From Sedimentisphaerales bacterium (GTDB lineage Bacteria > Planctomycetota > Phycisphaerae > Sedimentisphaerales > Anaerobacaceae), in NCBI GenBank assembly GCA_963708075.1, contig OY970194.1, positions 4,448,001 to 4,512,000 on the forward strand: 64,000 nucleotides of DNA, given 5' to 3'. Position 1 is the first letter of the stretch, and the number at the start of each line of letters is the position of its first letter. Below are positions 1 to 8,569 of the stretch, in pieces. Under the pieces are notes generated by a model. It had not been told where the DNA came from and did no database searches. It was given only the letters and a program-made list of their open reading frames with translations. Made by a program: the position numbers and the translations under genes.

Positions 1-306
1 ATGAGCATGTCGGCCAAGATGATCGACGTGGAGACGGCCGCCATTCTGTGGATCGGCAACGGGGACGGAAACACCGGCAAGACGGCCGCCACGATCGTCG
101 GGGCCGTCGCAGGCGCCGCGGCAGGCGTTGCGCTGGGCGGCGGTGATACCAGCGACAGGGTGGCCGGCGGTATCATCGGCGGCGTGGTCGGCGGCGTGGC
201 CGGCAACATGCTGTCGCCCGACCAGGTGAAGGTGGTCAGAAAAGTCGTCACCAAGGTCGCCGAGAGCCTGCCCCCGAGAATCCCTCAGGTCCAGGCAAAG
301 AAGTAG
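1..306 (+). CDS. C-terminal part of a CsgG/LpoB-like protein with glycine-zipper motif (5'-truncated by window edge)
   Basis: SAKMIDVETAAILW resembles a CsgG-like C-terminal strand; GAVAGAAAG/GGIIGGVVGGVAG glycine zipper; TAG stop at 304-306. Confidence 0.55.
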   Translation: MSMSAKMIDVETAAILWIGNGDGNTGKTAATIVGAVAGAAAGVALGGGDTSDRVAGGIIGGVVGGVAGNMLSPDQVKVVRKVVTKVAESLPPRIPQVQAKK

Positions 307-352
307 GACTAAGCGCGACACATAGACAGAGCAACATACGCAAACAATGGCC

Positions 353-383
353 AGGGCTGAGAGTCGCCGCGATTCTCAGCCTT
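353..383. terminator. hairpin between convergent genes, possible bidirectional terminator
   Basis: agggctgagagtcg-ccg-cgattctcagcctt inverted repeat. Confidence 0.5.
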
Positions 384-385
384 GT

Positions 386-745
386 TCATTTTGTGGCGTT
401 CTGCTCGCCGGGGCGAAACGGCAGCGGCTCCGTGAATTGCATCGTGACCCGCCGCAGGGCGTGGTTGACGCCATCGACCCGGCAGACCTGGCCCGCGCGG
501 ATGAAGTCCACCATGTCGAATGAATCATCCTCGCCGTACTGCGGGACGCTGAACCGGGCTGTCAGGTGCTGGCCGGGATGCGGGCATCGGTCATCCGCAT
601 AACAGGTGAAGGCGGCCGCCTCGCTCGAAACGTCCGCCATCTGCCCCTGGGACAGTTCGCCCTGGAAATCTTCGGCGAACCAGATCGGCCACTGGTAGCT
701 CAGCCGCTTCTCCGTTCTTCGTTCACTCGTCGCATTCATGTTCAT
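386..745 (-). CDS. PilZ domain protein
   Basis: ERRTEKR (RxxxR) and DVSSEA (DxSxxG-like) motifs, 119 aa. Confidence 0.75.
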   Translation of the reverse strand: MNMNATSERRTEKRLSYQWPIWFAEDFQGELSQGQMADVSSEAAAFTCYADDRCPHPGQHLTARFSVPQYGEDDSFDMVDFIRAGQVCRVDGVNHALRRVTMQFTEPLPFRPGEQNATK

Positions 746-850
746 GGCCTCTCGGTACTCACACGGACTTCTATCACATCGAGAGACACATCGGCCGGTC
801 CCGCGTCCGACTTAACCACTGGCAATGGGATTCCGGAGCAGGCATTGATT

Positions 851-942
851 GGGTGGCACCGCCAAACTCGTTTGACGGTGCTGATTCGAGTGGGTCTGAC
901 CATTCGGGACCCCACGGGCAAACGAGTTTGCCCGTGCCACCC
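851..942. repeat. palindromic miniature element, family B (GGGTGGCAC...GTGCCACCC, two internal hairpins)
   Basis: terminal inverted repeats; hairpins gcaccgccaaac/gtttgacggtgc and cacgggcaaac/gtttgcccgtg; reverse-complement homologue at 10613-10867. Confidence 0.8.
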
Positions 943-980
943 GGCATCATCCAGACCTCAACGAATCATGTGCCGAGGCT

Positions 981-1061
981 GGGTGCCATGCTTACGCTTG
1001 CGTAAGCATGCCTCTCCCCGTGGAACTCACGCATGGCTGCGCAAGCGTAGCCATGGCACCC
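981..1061. repeat. palindromic miniature element (GGGTGCCATG...CATGGCACCC) REP doublet
   Basis: 10-bp terminal IR plus internal hairpins catgcttacgc/gcgtaagcatg and catggctgcgc/gcgtagccatg. Confidence 0.75.
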
Positions 1062-1105
1062 GGCCACTGCCGCCCACCAGATTAGGATGGTCGGTGTAGA
1101 TTGGG

Positions 1106-1128
1106 AAGGTGTGCGGTGCACGCCCTAC
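1106..1128 (-). repeat. GTAG-tagged REP half-site
   Basis: aaggtgtgcggtgcacgccctac, near-identical to the right arm of 2541-2601. Confidence 0.7.
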
Positions 1129-1145
1129 AAGCCACGAGATGTGAA

Positions 1146-2525
1146 TCACTTGCCCAGGCGTTGCACGAGTTCGGCGAAGAGGCGGCCTCGCTGCTGATAG
1201 TTCTCGAACATGTCGTAGCTGGCACAGGCCGGGCTTAGAAGCACGACGTCCCCGGGCACGGCGAGCCGATTGGCGAGCTCGACCGCTTCCGCCAGTGAAC
1301 CGGCGAATTGCACATCGAGGCGACGACCATTCTCGGACGCAGCCTGGATGGCATCGGCGATCTGCCTGGCGGTCTGGCCGATCAGGATAGCGGCCTTCGC
1401 GCTGCCGGCGATCTTCCTTCCCAGCTCGTCGAATGGCGTGTGCTTGTCGTACCCGCCCGCGATCAGGATCTTCGGGCACTCAAAGGCGGCCAGGGCCACC
1501 ATCGTGCCCTCGGGCGTGGTAGCCTTGGAATCGTTGTACCAGCGAACGCCGTTCTTGTTGCCGACCAGTTGAAGGCGATCCGGCAGCGCCTTGAACTCGG
1601 CCAGGCAATCCCGGATGGATTGCTCGGTGGCTCCGAAGGACCTGGCGATCTTCATCGCGGCCGCGAGATTCGACAGGTTGGCCCGGCCGGGCAGAGCGTA
1701 AACAGCCTGAAGCTCATCGCTCACATCATCCGCACAGAATTGCAGGCACCTCCGGCCCCGCTGCTTCTGATATTTGCGGAACCATGTGCGGGCGACCTCG
1801 TCCTCGGCGTTGAAGATGGAGATCGCCGGACTCGCCGCATCGAGGGCTTGGAGTTTGAACAGGCCCTCTTTCGCAGCGCAGTAGGCCTCGAATGTACCGT
1901 AGCGATCCAGGTGGTTCGGCGTGAGGTTCGTCAGAAGCGAGACCTTCGGCGCTTTTCGGACCTCCAGCAACTGCTCGATCTGGAAGCTCGATATCTCCAG
2001 CACGACCAAGTCGCGGGGCGTGATTTGATCGAGGATGGTCAGCAGAGGCCGGTCGCCGATGTTGCCGCTGAGCCAGACCTTCTCATAAGCACCGGGCGAA
2101 CTCTGGGGCCTTGCCCTCTCCAGCAGATGAGCCGTGAGAGTAGTTGTCGTGCTCTTGCCGTTGGCGCCGGTGATTCCGATAATCGGCGCGGGGCAGGACT
2201 GAAAGAACAGCCCGATCTGCGAAGTCACGGTCCTGCCATTCCGGCGGGCAATCTGGAGAAACTCGTTGTTCGGCGGAACCGCCGGGTTGGCGACGACCAT
2301 GTCGGCGGTCGCGAAGTCCTCCGCATCGTGCCGGCCGAGATGGAACTCGATGCCCGCCAGATCGGACACCTGCCCGATGGAATCCTGCAACTTCTCCTCG
2401 GTCGCCTTGTCCGTAACGACCACGCGCGCCCCGGCACTGGCCGCGAACCGCACGGCATCCACGCCCCCACCGAACCGCCCCAGCCCCATCACCAGAACCT
2501 TCTTACCAGTCAGCGTCATGCTCAT
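1146..2525 (-). CDS. murD: UDP-N-acetylmuramoyl-L-alanine--D-glutamate ligase
   Basis: GKKVLVMGLG, ITGANGKSTT, GNIG, LEISSFQ, NLTPNHLDRY, YNDSKAT, LSPACASYDMF motifs; start taken at MSMTL (2525; 2519 also possible). Confidence 0.95.
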   Translation of the reverse strand: MSMTLTGKKVLVMGLGRFGGGVDAVRFAASAGARVVVTDKATEEKLQDSIGQVSDLAGIEFHLGRHDAEDFATADMVVANPAVPPNNEFLQIARRNGRTVTSQIGLFFQSCPAPIIGITGANGKSTTTTLTAHLLERARPQSSPGAYEKVWLSGNIGDRPLLTILDQITPRDLVVLEISSFQIEQLLEVRKAPKVSLLTNLTPNHLDRYGTFEAYCAAKEGLFKLQALDAASPAISIFNAEDEVARTWFRKYQKQRGRRCLQFCADDVSDELQAVYALPGRANLSNLAAAMKIARSFGATEQSIRDCLAEFKALPDRLQLVGNKNGVRWYNDSKATTPEGTMVALAAFECPKILIAGGYDKHTPFDELGRKIAGSAKAAILIGQTARQIADAIQAASENGRRLDVQFAGSLAEAVELANRLAVPGDVVLLSPACASYDMFENYQQRGRLFAELVQRLGK

Positions 2526-2540
2526 ACCGTCACTGCCCTT

Positions 2541-2601
2541 GTAGGGTGTGCATCGCACACCTTTCCGATCCCAAGCCTTTGGTGTGCGGTGCACACCCTA
2601 C
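2541..2601. repeat. GTAG-tagged REP doublet (REPIN-like)
   Basis: gtagggtgtgcatcgcacacc ... ggtgtgcggtgcacaccctac inverted pair between ubiE and murD. Confidence 0.8.
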
Positions 2602-2603
2602 AT

Positions 2604-3341
2604 TCAAGCCTTGGTGCCTTTATAAATCGAGGCGACACCGTGCGTCAACGGGATGACCGATATGTCGTGAAAACCGGCTTCCTGCATCAGACGGCAGAAT
2701 TCGGCCGGCTGCTGGAAGCCTTCTATGGACTCGTTAAGGTATTGGTATGCGTGCCTGTCTCCCGAGACCAACGCACCGACGAACGGCACGGCCAGCCGCA
2801 GGTAACGCAGGTAGAACCATCGCATCACGGGGCACGCCGGCAGGGAGAATTCCAGGATCAGGGCGGTCCCGCCGGAATTGAGAACGCGGTGGATCTCGCG
2901 AAGGGTCGCGGCGGCGTCGGCGGTGTTGCGAATCCCGAACGCCATCGTCGCCGCATCGAATGTCCCGTCTGAAAACGGCATCTTCGACGCATCGGCGCAC
3001 AGGAGCCTGGCGCGATCGATGAGTCCGCGTTTGCGGAGCTTCCCCCGGCAGGTCGCCAGCATGTTCTCGGAGATGTCAAGCCCCGCGGCCTCCGTTATGT
3101 TGGGACGCTCCCGGAACAGGGTGATCAGCATGTCGCCTGTCCCCGTTGCCAGGTCGAGGACTTTGAGGTCCCGGCTCGGGTCGAGCTGCCGGACCGCCTT
3201 GCGGCGCCAGGAGAAATCCCGCCCCAGGGACAGAAGATGGTTCAGAAGATCGTATGTCGGCGCGATGCGGTCGAACATCCGCCCGACCGACGGCTCAGCG
3301 AGGCGTACGGCATCGCTTGCGGTGGGAATGTCCTTACACAT
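2604..3341 (-). CDS. ubiE: UbiE/MenG demethylmenaquinone methyltransferase
   Basis: MFDRIAPTYDLLNHLLSLG, VLDLATGTGD, FGIRN, ILEFS, AYQYLNESI motifs. Confidence 0.92.
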   Translation of the reverse strand: MCKDIPTASDAVRLAEPSVGRMFDRIAPTYDLLNHLLSLGRDFSWRRKAVRQLDPSRDLKVLDLATGTGDMLITLFRERPNITEAAGLDISENMLATCRGKLRKRGLIDRARLLCADASKMPFSDGTFDAATMAFGIRNTADAAATLREIHRVLNSGGTALILEFSLPACPVMRWFYLRYLRLAVPFVGALVSGDRHAYQYLNESIEGFQQPAEFCRLMQEAGFHDISVIPLTHGVASIYKGTKA

Positions 3342-3403
3342 GCAACATCCTGAGCGAATCGTGGATGACCCTTGAACTCACAGGGCGATAAGATCGACCG
3401 GGA

Positions 3404-4357
3404 TCATCCGAGCTTCGATTCCATCGCCTTGGCCAGGTCTATTTTCGCATCGATGACCGCCTGCTCGATGCACTTTTTCCAGTCGTCGCCGAACTCGTCC
3501 TTGTACTTCGGCTTTTCGTAGGCGTAGATGATCGAGCGGGACGCGTTGATCAGGGCGCCCATGCCATCGGACTTGCAGAATCGGATGCAATCCACGGCCT
3601 CCGCCCCCTGCGACCCGTAGCCGGGCACGAGGAACCAGGTCTTGTCGTATTTCGTCCGCAGCGAGGTGCTCGCCTCGGGGGCCGTGCCTCCGACGACCAT
3701 GCCGATGTCACTGTAGCCTTGCTCGCCCATGTGCTCCGGCCGGCTGCCGATCCTGTTGACGACCTCCGCCATTTTCTCGTAGAACGTCTGTCCGTCTTCG
3801 CCTTTGAAGTCCTGGAGCTCCGCCGCCGAGGGATTACTCGTTCGCACGAGCACGAACAGGCCCTTGCCCTCTTCGGCCGCCATCTTGGCAAACGGCTCGA
3901 TCCCATCGACGCCGGCGTAGCCATTGACCGTGATCGCGTCGGGGGCCAGCACATCCTCCATGCCCGTCAGCTCGGAGTTCTGCAGATGGGCCGCCGCGTA
4001 CATCTCCGCCGTGTGCCCGACATCACCCCGCTTGACGTCGCCAATGATCTCCAGCCCGAGGTCATCGGCCTCGCTGATCAGGGCGTAGTAGGATTCCAGG
4101 CCCTCCCAGAGATATTTTTCGAAGAAGGCGATATTGATTTTGACGGCGGGGACCATCGGCGCGACGACCCGCATGACCTGCGTGCAAAAATCGAAGATGG
4201 CATCCACGGCCGCGGCGGCGTCGTACTCGTCGTTCATCTGGCGATGCCCGCGGATAGCCGCAGGCAGCCGGCTGTAAATGGGGTCCAACCCGATCACCAG
4301 CGACGTCTTCTTCGTTTCAACGGCTGCGCACAGCCGATCTGAAAAATGGCTCGCCAT
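3404..4357 (-). CDS. pyrF: orotidine-5'-phosphate decarboxylase (subfamily 2)
   Basis: IGLDP, VKINIAFFE, DVKRGDVGHT, LVRTSNP, LVPGYGSQG, INASRSI. Confidence 0.93.
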   Translation of the reverse strand: MASHFSDRLCAAVETKKTSLVIGLDPIYSRLPAAIRGHRQMNDEYDAAAAVDAIFDFCTQVMRVVAPMVPAVKINIAFFEKYLWEGLESYYALISEADDLGLEIIGDVKRGDVGHTAEMYAAAHLQNSELTGMEDVLAPDAITVNGYAGVDGIEPFAKMAAEEGKGLFVLVRTSNPSAAELQDFKGEDGQTFYEKMAEVVNRIGSRPEHMGEQGYSDIGMVVGGTAPEASTSLRTKYDKTWFLVPGYGSQGAEAVDCIRFCKSDGMGALINASRSIIYAYEKPKYKDEFGDDWKKCIEQAVIDAKIDLAKAMESKLG

Positions 4358-4561
4358 AACCAATAATCCTTCCTTTCGTTACCTCCGTTAACAGTTCGAC
4401 GGCACGAGCCTACGACAATCTGTTCGTGCCGCCAACGATTTCGCCGCTTTCAAGTACGGCAACAAAACTCTTTCGATCAACCGTTCCACTCACTATAATC
4501 GCGTTCGCCGTACCGGGCAAGATAGATTTTCGCCCGGCAACGTGGTTTCCGGAAAAGTAAT

Positions 4562-5263
4562 TTGCCGCCAGGGCTGGTCGTGGAAAAGCGAAAAAAATCC
4601 AGGCGCAGGAAACTCCTTATCTGGCTGGCCGTCGATTTGGCCGTAGCGGCGGTGGTCATCGGCCTGCTCGTCTACAGGCCATCCCGCTATCATCCGGTGG
4701 CCCCTGCCCCCAACTCCGACGGCGAAACCGTCCATCCCTATCTGCACCGGGACCTGGCCTCCACGTTCTACAACAAGGCCCAGGAGCGGCGTCCCTTCGA
4801 GATGGCGGTGCTCGATCAGAAGCTCAACGAGGCCATCGCCGACAAGAAGTGGCAGTCCGAGGGCGTCTTGCTCTCGTCACCGCAGGTGCTCTTTGCCCCC
4901 GGCCGTGTCGTCCTGATGGGAATGGCCGACGTCGAAGGAGCGGGATTTGTCGTGACGATCGAGTTGGCGCCAAAGATGAACGAACAGGGATACCTCGATC
5001 TGGCCATCGAGAAGGTCAAGGTCGGGGCCATGAACGTCACTCCGCTGGCCAAGATGATGGCGAGGAAGATGTACCAGGAACAGATCGGCACGGGCGCGAT
5101 CGATATGGACAACCTGGCCACGAAGATCGTGGCGGCACTGCTGACCGGACAGCCGTTCGAGCCGCTCCTCGAACTGGATGGCAAGTGGGTCCGGCTAAAA
5201 AGCTTCGACATCACCCAGGGCAAGCTCACCACTCAATTCATCCCCGCCAAGCCGCACAGGTGA
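4562..5263 (+). CDS. hypothetical membrane-anchored protein
   Basis: basic N-terminus and single TM helix, coding-like codon usage; start uncertain (TTG 4562 or GTG ~4580). Confidence 0.7.
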   Translation: MPPGLVVEKRKKSRRRKLLIWLAVDLAVAAVVIGLLVYRPSRYHPVAPAPNSDGETVHPYLHRDLASTFYNKAQERRPFEMAVLDQKLNEAIADKKWQSEGVLLSSPQVLFAPGRVVLMGMADVEGAGFVVTIELAPKMNEQGYLDLAIEKVKVGAMNVTPLAKMMARKMYQEQIGTGAIDMDNLATKIVAALLTGQPFEPLLELDGKWVRLKSFDITQGKLTTQFIPAKPHR

Positions 5264-5274
5264 CAAGCGGCTCA

Positions 5275-5318
5275 GATCAGCAAGACAAGAGGACCCATAA
5301 GACTCATTGGACTTATAG
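5275..5318. repeat. degenerate 9-mer tandem array (GACnCATnn)
   Basis: gacccataa gactcattg gacttatag just after the stop codon. Confidence 0.55.
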
Positions 5319-5379
5319 GCTCAGCGACTCTACCCCTGTCAAGGTGGGTGTAAGCCGTTACGCATTCAAGACTTATGAT

Positions 5380-5473
5380 GGGTGGCAGCGGCAAGCGCAG
5401 CTTGCCGATGGCTCGTGGGATGCGCGCCAACGCCATCGGCAAGCTCCGAGGACTCCGCTTGCCGCTGCCACCC
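5380..5473. repeat. palindromic miniature element, family A copy 1 (94 bp)
   Basis: gggtggcagcggcaagcg...cgcttgccgctgccaccc with inner stem agcttgccgatgg/ccatcggcaagct. Confidence 0.9.
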
Positions 5474-5514
5474 GTCGCAGAACGTTAGCGTAGATCCACC
5501 TTGACAGGGGTGGC

Positions 5515-6480
5515 TCAGCAACTCGACGGGACCATATGGCGGGTCCTGAGCACCACGCGAGGATCGACTTCATACGGCAGGACCCCTGTCCCGATACAGA
5601 CACGTTGCCTGCCCCCGGATAGCTCCAGGACCCTGTCAATCTCCTTGCGGATCGACTCGTCGTCCCCCGCTATCAGCGGTCCGGGGTTCATGTTGATCCG
5701 CACCATGACCTGCGGCCAGGCTTCCATCTTCGCCATGAACGCCTGCTGGTCCGTCTCCGAAGGACAGCACACGTAGCCGGTTCCCGTCTCCATGATGGCC
5801 TCAACAATCGGCGTCGTGTCGCCCCCCATGATGAAGGCCGGCGGCGAGCCCGTGATGGCCGCCACGGCCTGAAGCATCACCCGCAGAGCCGGCAGCTCAA
5901 CCGCACGGAATTGCGTAGGCGATAGCAAGGGAGGCGCTGCGGCGGATTCAAAGAGAGCGATTCCGAGGCCCCGGGCCGTGATGGCTCGGCACAGATGAAT
6001 CTGACCCTGCACAAGATGAAGCAGGACCGCTTTGATCCTGTCCGGCTGGGTCGCGACAACGAGTAGAAGATCCTCCAGGCCAAGCAGATTTGCTGCCACG
6101 GAGAACGGACCGGCCACCGGCACCCGCACATCCGCATCGGGACAGGCCCGGGCCACCGCCTGCGCAGCCTCCAGGATCATCGGCACACGGCCGGCGGTCT
6201 CCGGATCGAAAGGCCGCAACCGCAAAAGGTCGTCCACCTTCGAACATGGAAACTGGGTAATCGCCGGGATGCCGTGCCCGGACGGTCGCTGCACCGTGGC
6301 CCCGTACGCTTCCGCCTCGAGATCATAGATGTCGATCCCGACGACAACCGGCCTGTGACGATACAGCCGATAGGCCTCGATGTGCCCTTTCACAAGCAGC
6401 GTGCCGTCCCGCGACACCTCCCACGGCGTCCGCCCAATCATGCGAGCGGCATGCTCATACACGGAAGGACAAAAATCCAT
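5515..6480 (-). CDS. uroporphyrinogen decarboxylase family (URO-D/MtaA-like) protein
   Basis: DLEAEAYGA, GPFSVAANLLG, LLSPTQF, GGDT motifs typical of the family. Confidence 0.8.
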   Translation of the reverse strand: MDFCPSVYEHAARMIGRTPWEVSRDGTLLVKGHIEAYRLYRHRPVVVGIDIYDLEAEAYGATVQRPSGHGIPAITQFPCSKVDDLLRLRPFDPETAGRVPMILEAAQAVARACPDADVRVPVAGPFSVAANLLGLEDLLLVVATQPDRIKAVLLHLVQGQIHLCRAITARGLGIALFESAAAPPLLSPTQFRAVELPALRVMLQAVAAITGSPPAFIMGGDTTPIVEAIMETGTGYVCCPSETDQQAFMAKMEAWPQVMVRINMNPGPLIAGDDESIRKEIDRVLELSGGRQRVCIGTGVLPYEVDPRVVLRTRHMVPSSC

Positions 6481-6500
6481 ATCGTCCGTTCTCTCTCTTC

Positions 6501-7112
6501 CTACGCGCTCGGTGGAAGCGCCGTCAGCAGGCGGGCAATCTCACGGTAGCACTTGTCAAACGAATCCGCACGCCGTGCAGCTTGCATATCAAAATCGTTG
6601 GTCAAAGCGGGCTGGTCGATTGTTGGATTGTACGGTCTGTTCCGCGGCATGTGATCGCTGAGCCACTCCTTGGCGCCACGAATGCGTTCAGGGTCCGGAT
6701 CAGCAGTCAAATCTGCAGCAAGACCCCGGCTTCCGCGTAAGGACTCCGCTGCGGCAATGAACCACGCCTCGTATTCCTTGTTAGCCAGCACCACCGATAT
6801 CTCCATGTCGGGCCGGGCACGCCGGGCGCGATTGAGCCAGACCGGGGCATCGTTCTTCGGGCAACCGTTAGGCCAATCGCAGTCTATCAGAATAAAAATC
6901 CCCCCGCGTCTGCCGACGCTTCGAGCCGCAAACTCAACATGCTTCTCAAGCTCACCCGCTTTCGACAGGCGACTCTCCGCGACCCGTAGGACTGGCCTCA
7001 CTTGTACGATCAGACTTTGGTCAAGAGCACGTGCGATTCGACGAAACAAAATCGGGAGTGATTCTACTTCGCCGTGCCCGCCTACAATGGCCGCTACGCG
7101 AATCTCGCTCAC
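6501..7112 (-). CDS. DUF4276-family TOPRIM-like protein
   Basis: IVGGHGE, ILIDCD, EYEAWFIA, DPERIRGAK, IDQPALT, SFDK motifs; overlaps upstream ATPase stop by 4 bp. Confidence 0.8.
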   Translation of the reverse strand: MSEIRVAAIVGGHGEVESLPILFRRIARALDQSLIVQVRPVLRVAESRLSKAGELEKHVEFAARSVGRRGGIFILIDCDWPNGCPKNDAPVWLNRARRARPDMEISVVLANKEYEAWFIAAAESLRGSRGLAADLTADPDPERIRGAKEWLSDHMPRNRPYNPTIDQPALTNDFDMQAARRADSFDKCYREIARLLTALPPSA

Positions 7113-8326
7113 GACGCAGATTCTCCGAAAAGCTCTAGTTGGTTGGCTGGCGTGGCATTGATTTTCTCGATATCTGGCGTCAACTGCCCAAGCCTCAACA
7201 ACTCACCAGCGGTGTACAGGCGATCTCGTATCGCGCCGCGTCCCACCTCATCGAGGGCGCCAATCTTGGTCTCACCATTGATGCTGGCGACACCCAGAAT
7301 GGACTCGTCTCCCACATCCTTGTCCTCAAGAAGGTCAGGACTGTGGCTGGTCACGATCACCTGGGTGCTTTTGGCGGCCGTGCGCAACGCATCCCTCAGA
7401 ACACCGGCGGCGCCGGGATGCACGGCCACTTCTGGCTCTTCAATACCTACCAGCGGAACACGTTTCGCTCCGCCATTGACCGACTGAAACAATGCTGTCA
7501 GCACACCCAGTGCCCGCAGAGTCCCATCGGACATATTCTCCGCAAAGAAGCTCCAGGGCGACTCGTTTCTGCCGACTTTCTGCTTGAATTCCAGAGTCTC
7601 CTTTTTCTGGATCTGCTTGACGGACACATCCAGCACGCCTGGAACAACGTGTTTCAAGAATTCGACGATACGGTCCTTCGCGTCAGGCCGCTCTTTCTTC
7701 ATCAGGCTCAGAACGCTCGCAAGATTGCCGCCATCCCGGCGTAACACGTCCCCCGCATCTGGCGTTTGGAGGTTTCGGATCACGTCCGGGTTCAGGTTGT
7801 AGAACCCCATGCGAGACAGCGCGTCGTAGAGAGGCCGGAACTCGGGCAGCCCGGAAACCGCCACAAGAAAGAGCCGGTCAGGCGCGACGGCCGGCACAAT
7901 CTTCGCGTGGCTTTTGATCACTTTGCCGCTCTCAACCTCATAGAACCACGTATCCAGGGCAGTGCGGCCGTAAATGCGACACTGCTCCTGCTGAACCTCG
8001 AAACCGCCTTTGGGCAACGCGCCAATACGAAATGCATAATGGCCGGATCCTCCAGTCGGCAACGTGAACTCAAGGCGAATCCCAAAGTGCGTGGGATGTC
8101 CGGATGACCGCCGGCGGACCTCGCCGATGCCGCCGCGCTCTCGCAGAGCATGATCCAAGGAGGTGTTCAACGACTCCGTGACAAGCCGCAAGCCATCAAG
8201 GAAGTTGCTTTTCCCTGCCCCATTTGGCCCCACCAGGAAATTCAACGGACCCAGCTTGACCGAGCAGTTTGCGATGCTCTTGTAGTTCTTCAGCAGAACG
8301 CGACGCAGAAAGACAGAATCCGTCAT
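7109..8326 (-). CDS. AAA_21-type (ABC/SMC-like) ATPase
   Basis: Walker A GPNGAGKSN, signature MSDGT, Walker B GIEEPE, H-loop VTSHS. Confidence 0.9.
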   Translation of the reverse strand: MTDSVFLRRVLLKNYKSIANCSVKLGPLNFLVGPNGAGKSNFLDGLRLVTESLNTSLDHALRERGGIGEVRRRSSGHPTHFGIRLEFTLPTGGSGHYAFRIGALPKGGFEVQQEQCRIYGRTALDTWFYEVESGKVIKSHAKIVPAVAPDRLFLVAVSGLPEFRPLYDALSRMGFYNLNPDVIRNLQTPDAGDVLRRDGGNLASVLSLMKKERPDAKDRIVEFLKHVVPGVLDVSVKQIQKKETLEFKQKVGRNESPWSFFAENMSDGTLRALGVLTALFQSVNGGAKRVPLVGIEEPEVAVHPGAAGVLRDALRTAAKSTQVIVTSHSPDLLEDKDVGDESILGVASINGETKIGALDEVGRGAIRDRLYTAGELLRLGQLTPDIEKINATPANQLELFGESAS

Positions 8327-8499
8327 GGGTGTTACCCCTCATCATCTAGCGGCGACTGGTGAGTGGCGGCAAAGTGGTCCAACTCTTGTCTTCAAACAAC
8401 TCACACCACAATCCCCGCAAGTCGTACTGCGCGAAATCCTAACTGATCTGGCAGGCCACAGTCAACGCGAAACCGTACTGAGAGCGGACCTGAAATGCT

Positions 8500-8533
8500 G
8501 CGGGGTCTGGACACGTCCACGTCCAGACCCCGC
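8500..8533. terminator. strong hairpin downstream of pckG (terminator or REP-like)
   Basis: gcggggtctggac-acgtccac-gtccagaccccgc, 13-bp perfect stem. Confidence 0.55.
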
Positions 8534-8569
8534 CATATCAGAGGCACATTAGAAATCTTTGAGCGTTTG

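Noticed and set aside
2526..2594. N-terminal extensions given in the ORF track for murD (also guaB, pckG, sulfatase, TolB-like and 40097-41116)
   Set aside because: Extensions run through REP repeats, promoters or opposite-strand genes; downstream starts fit family N-termini or RBSs better
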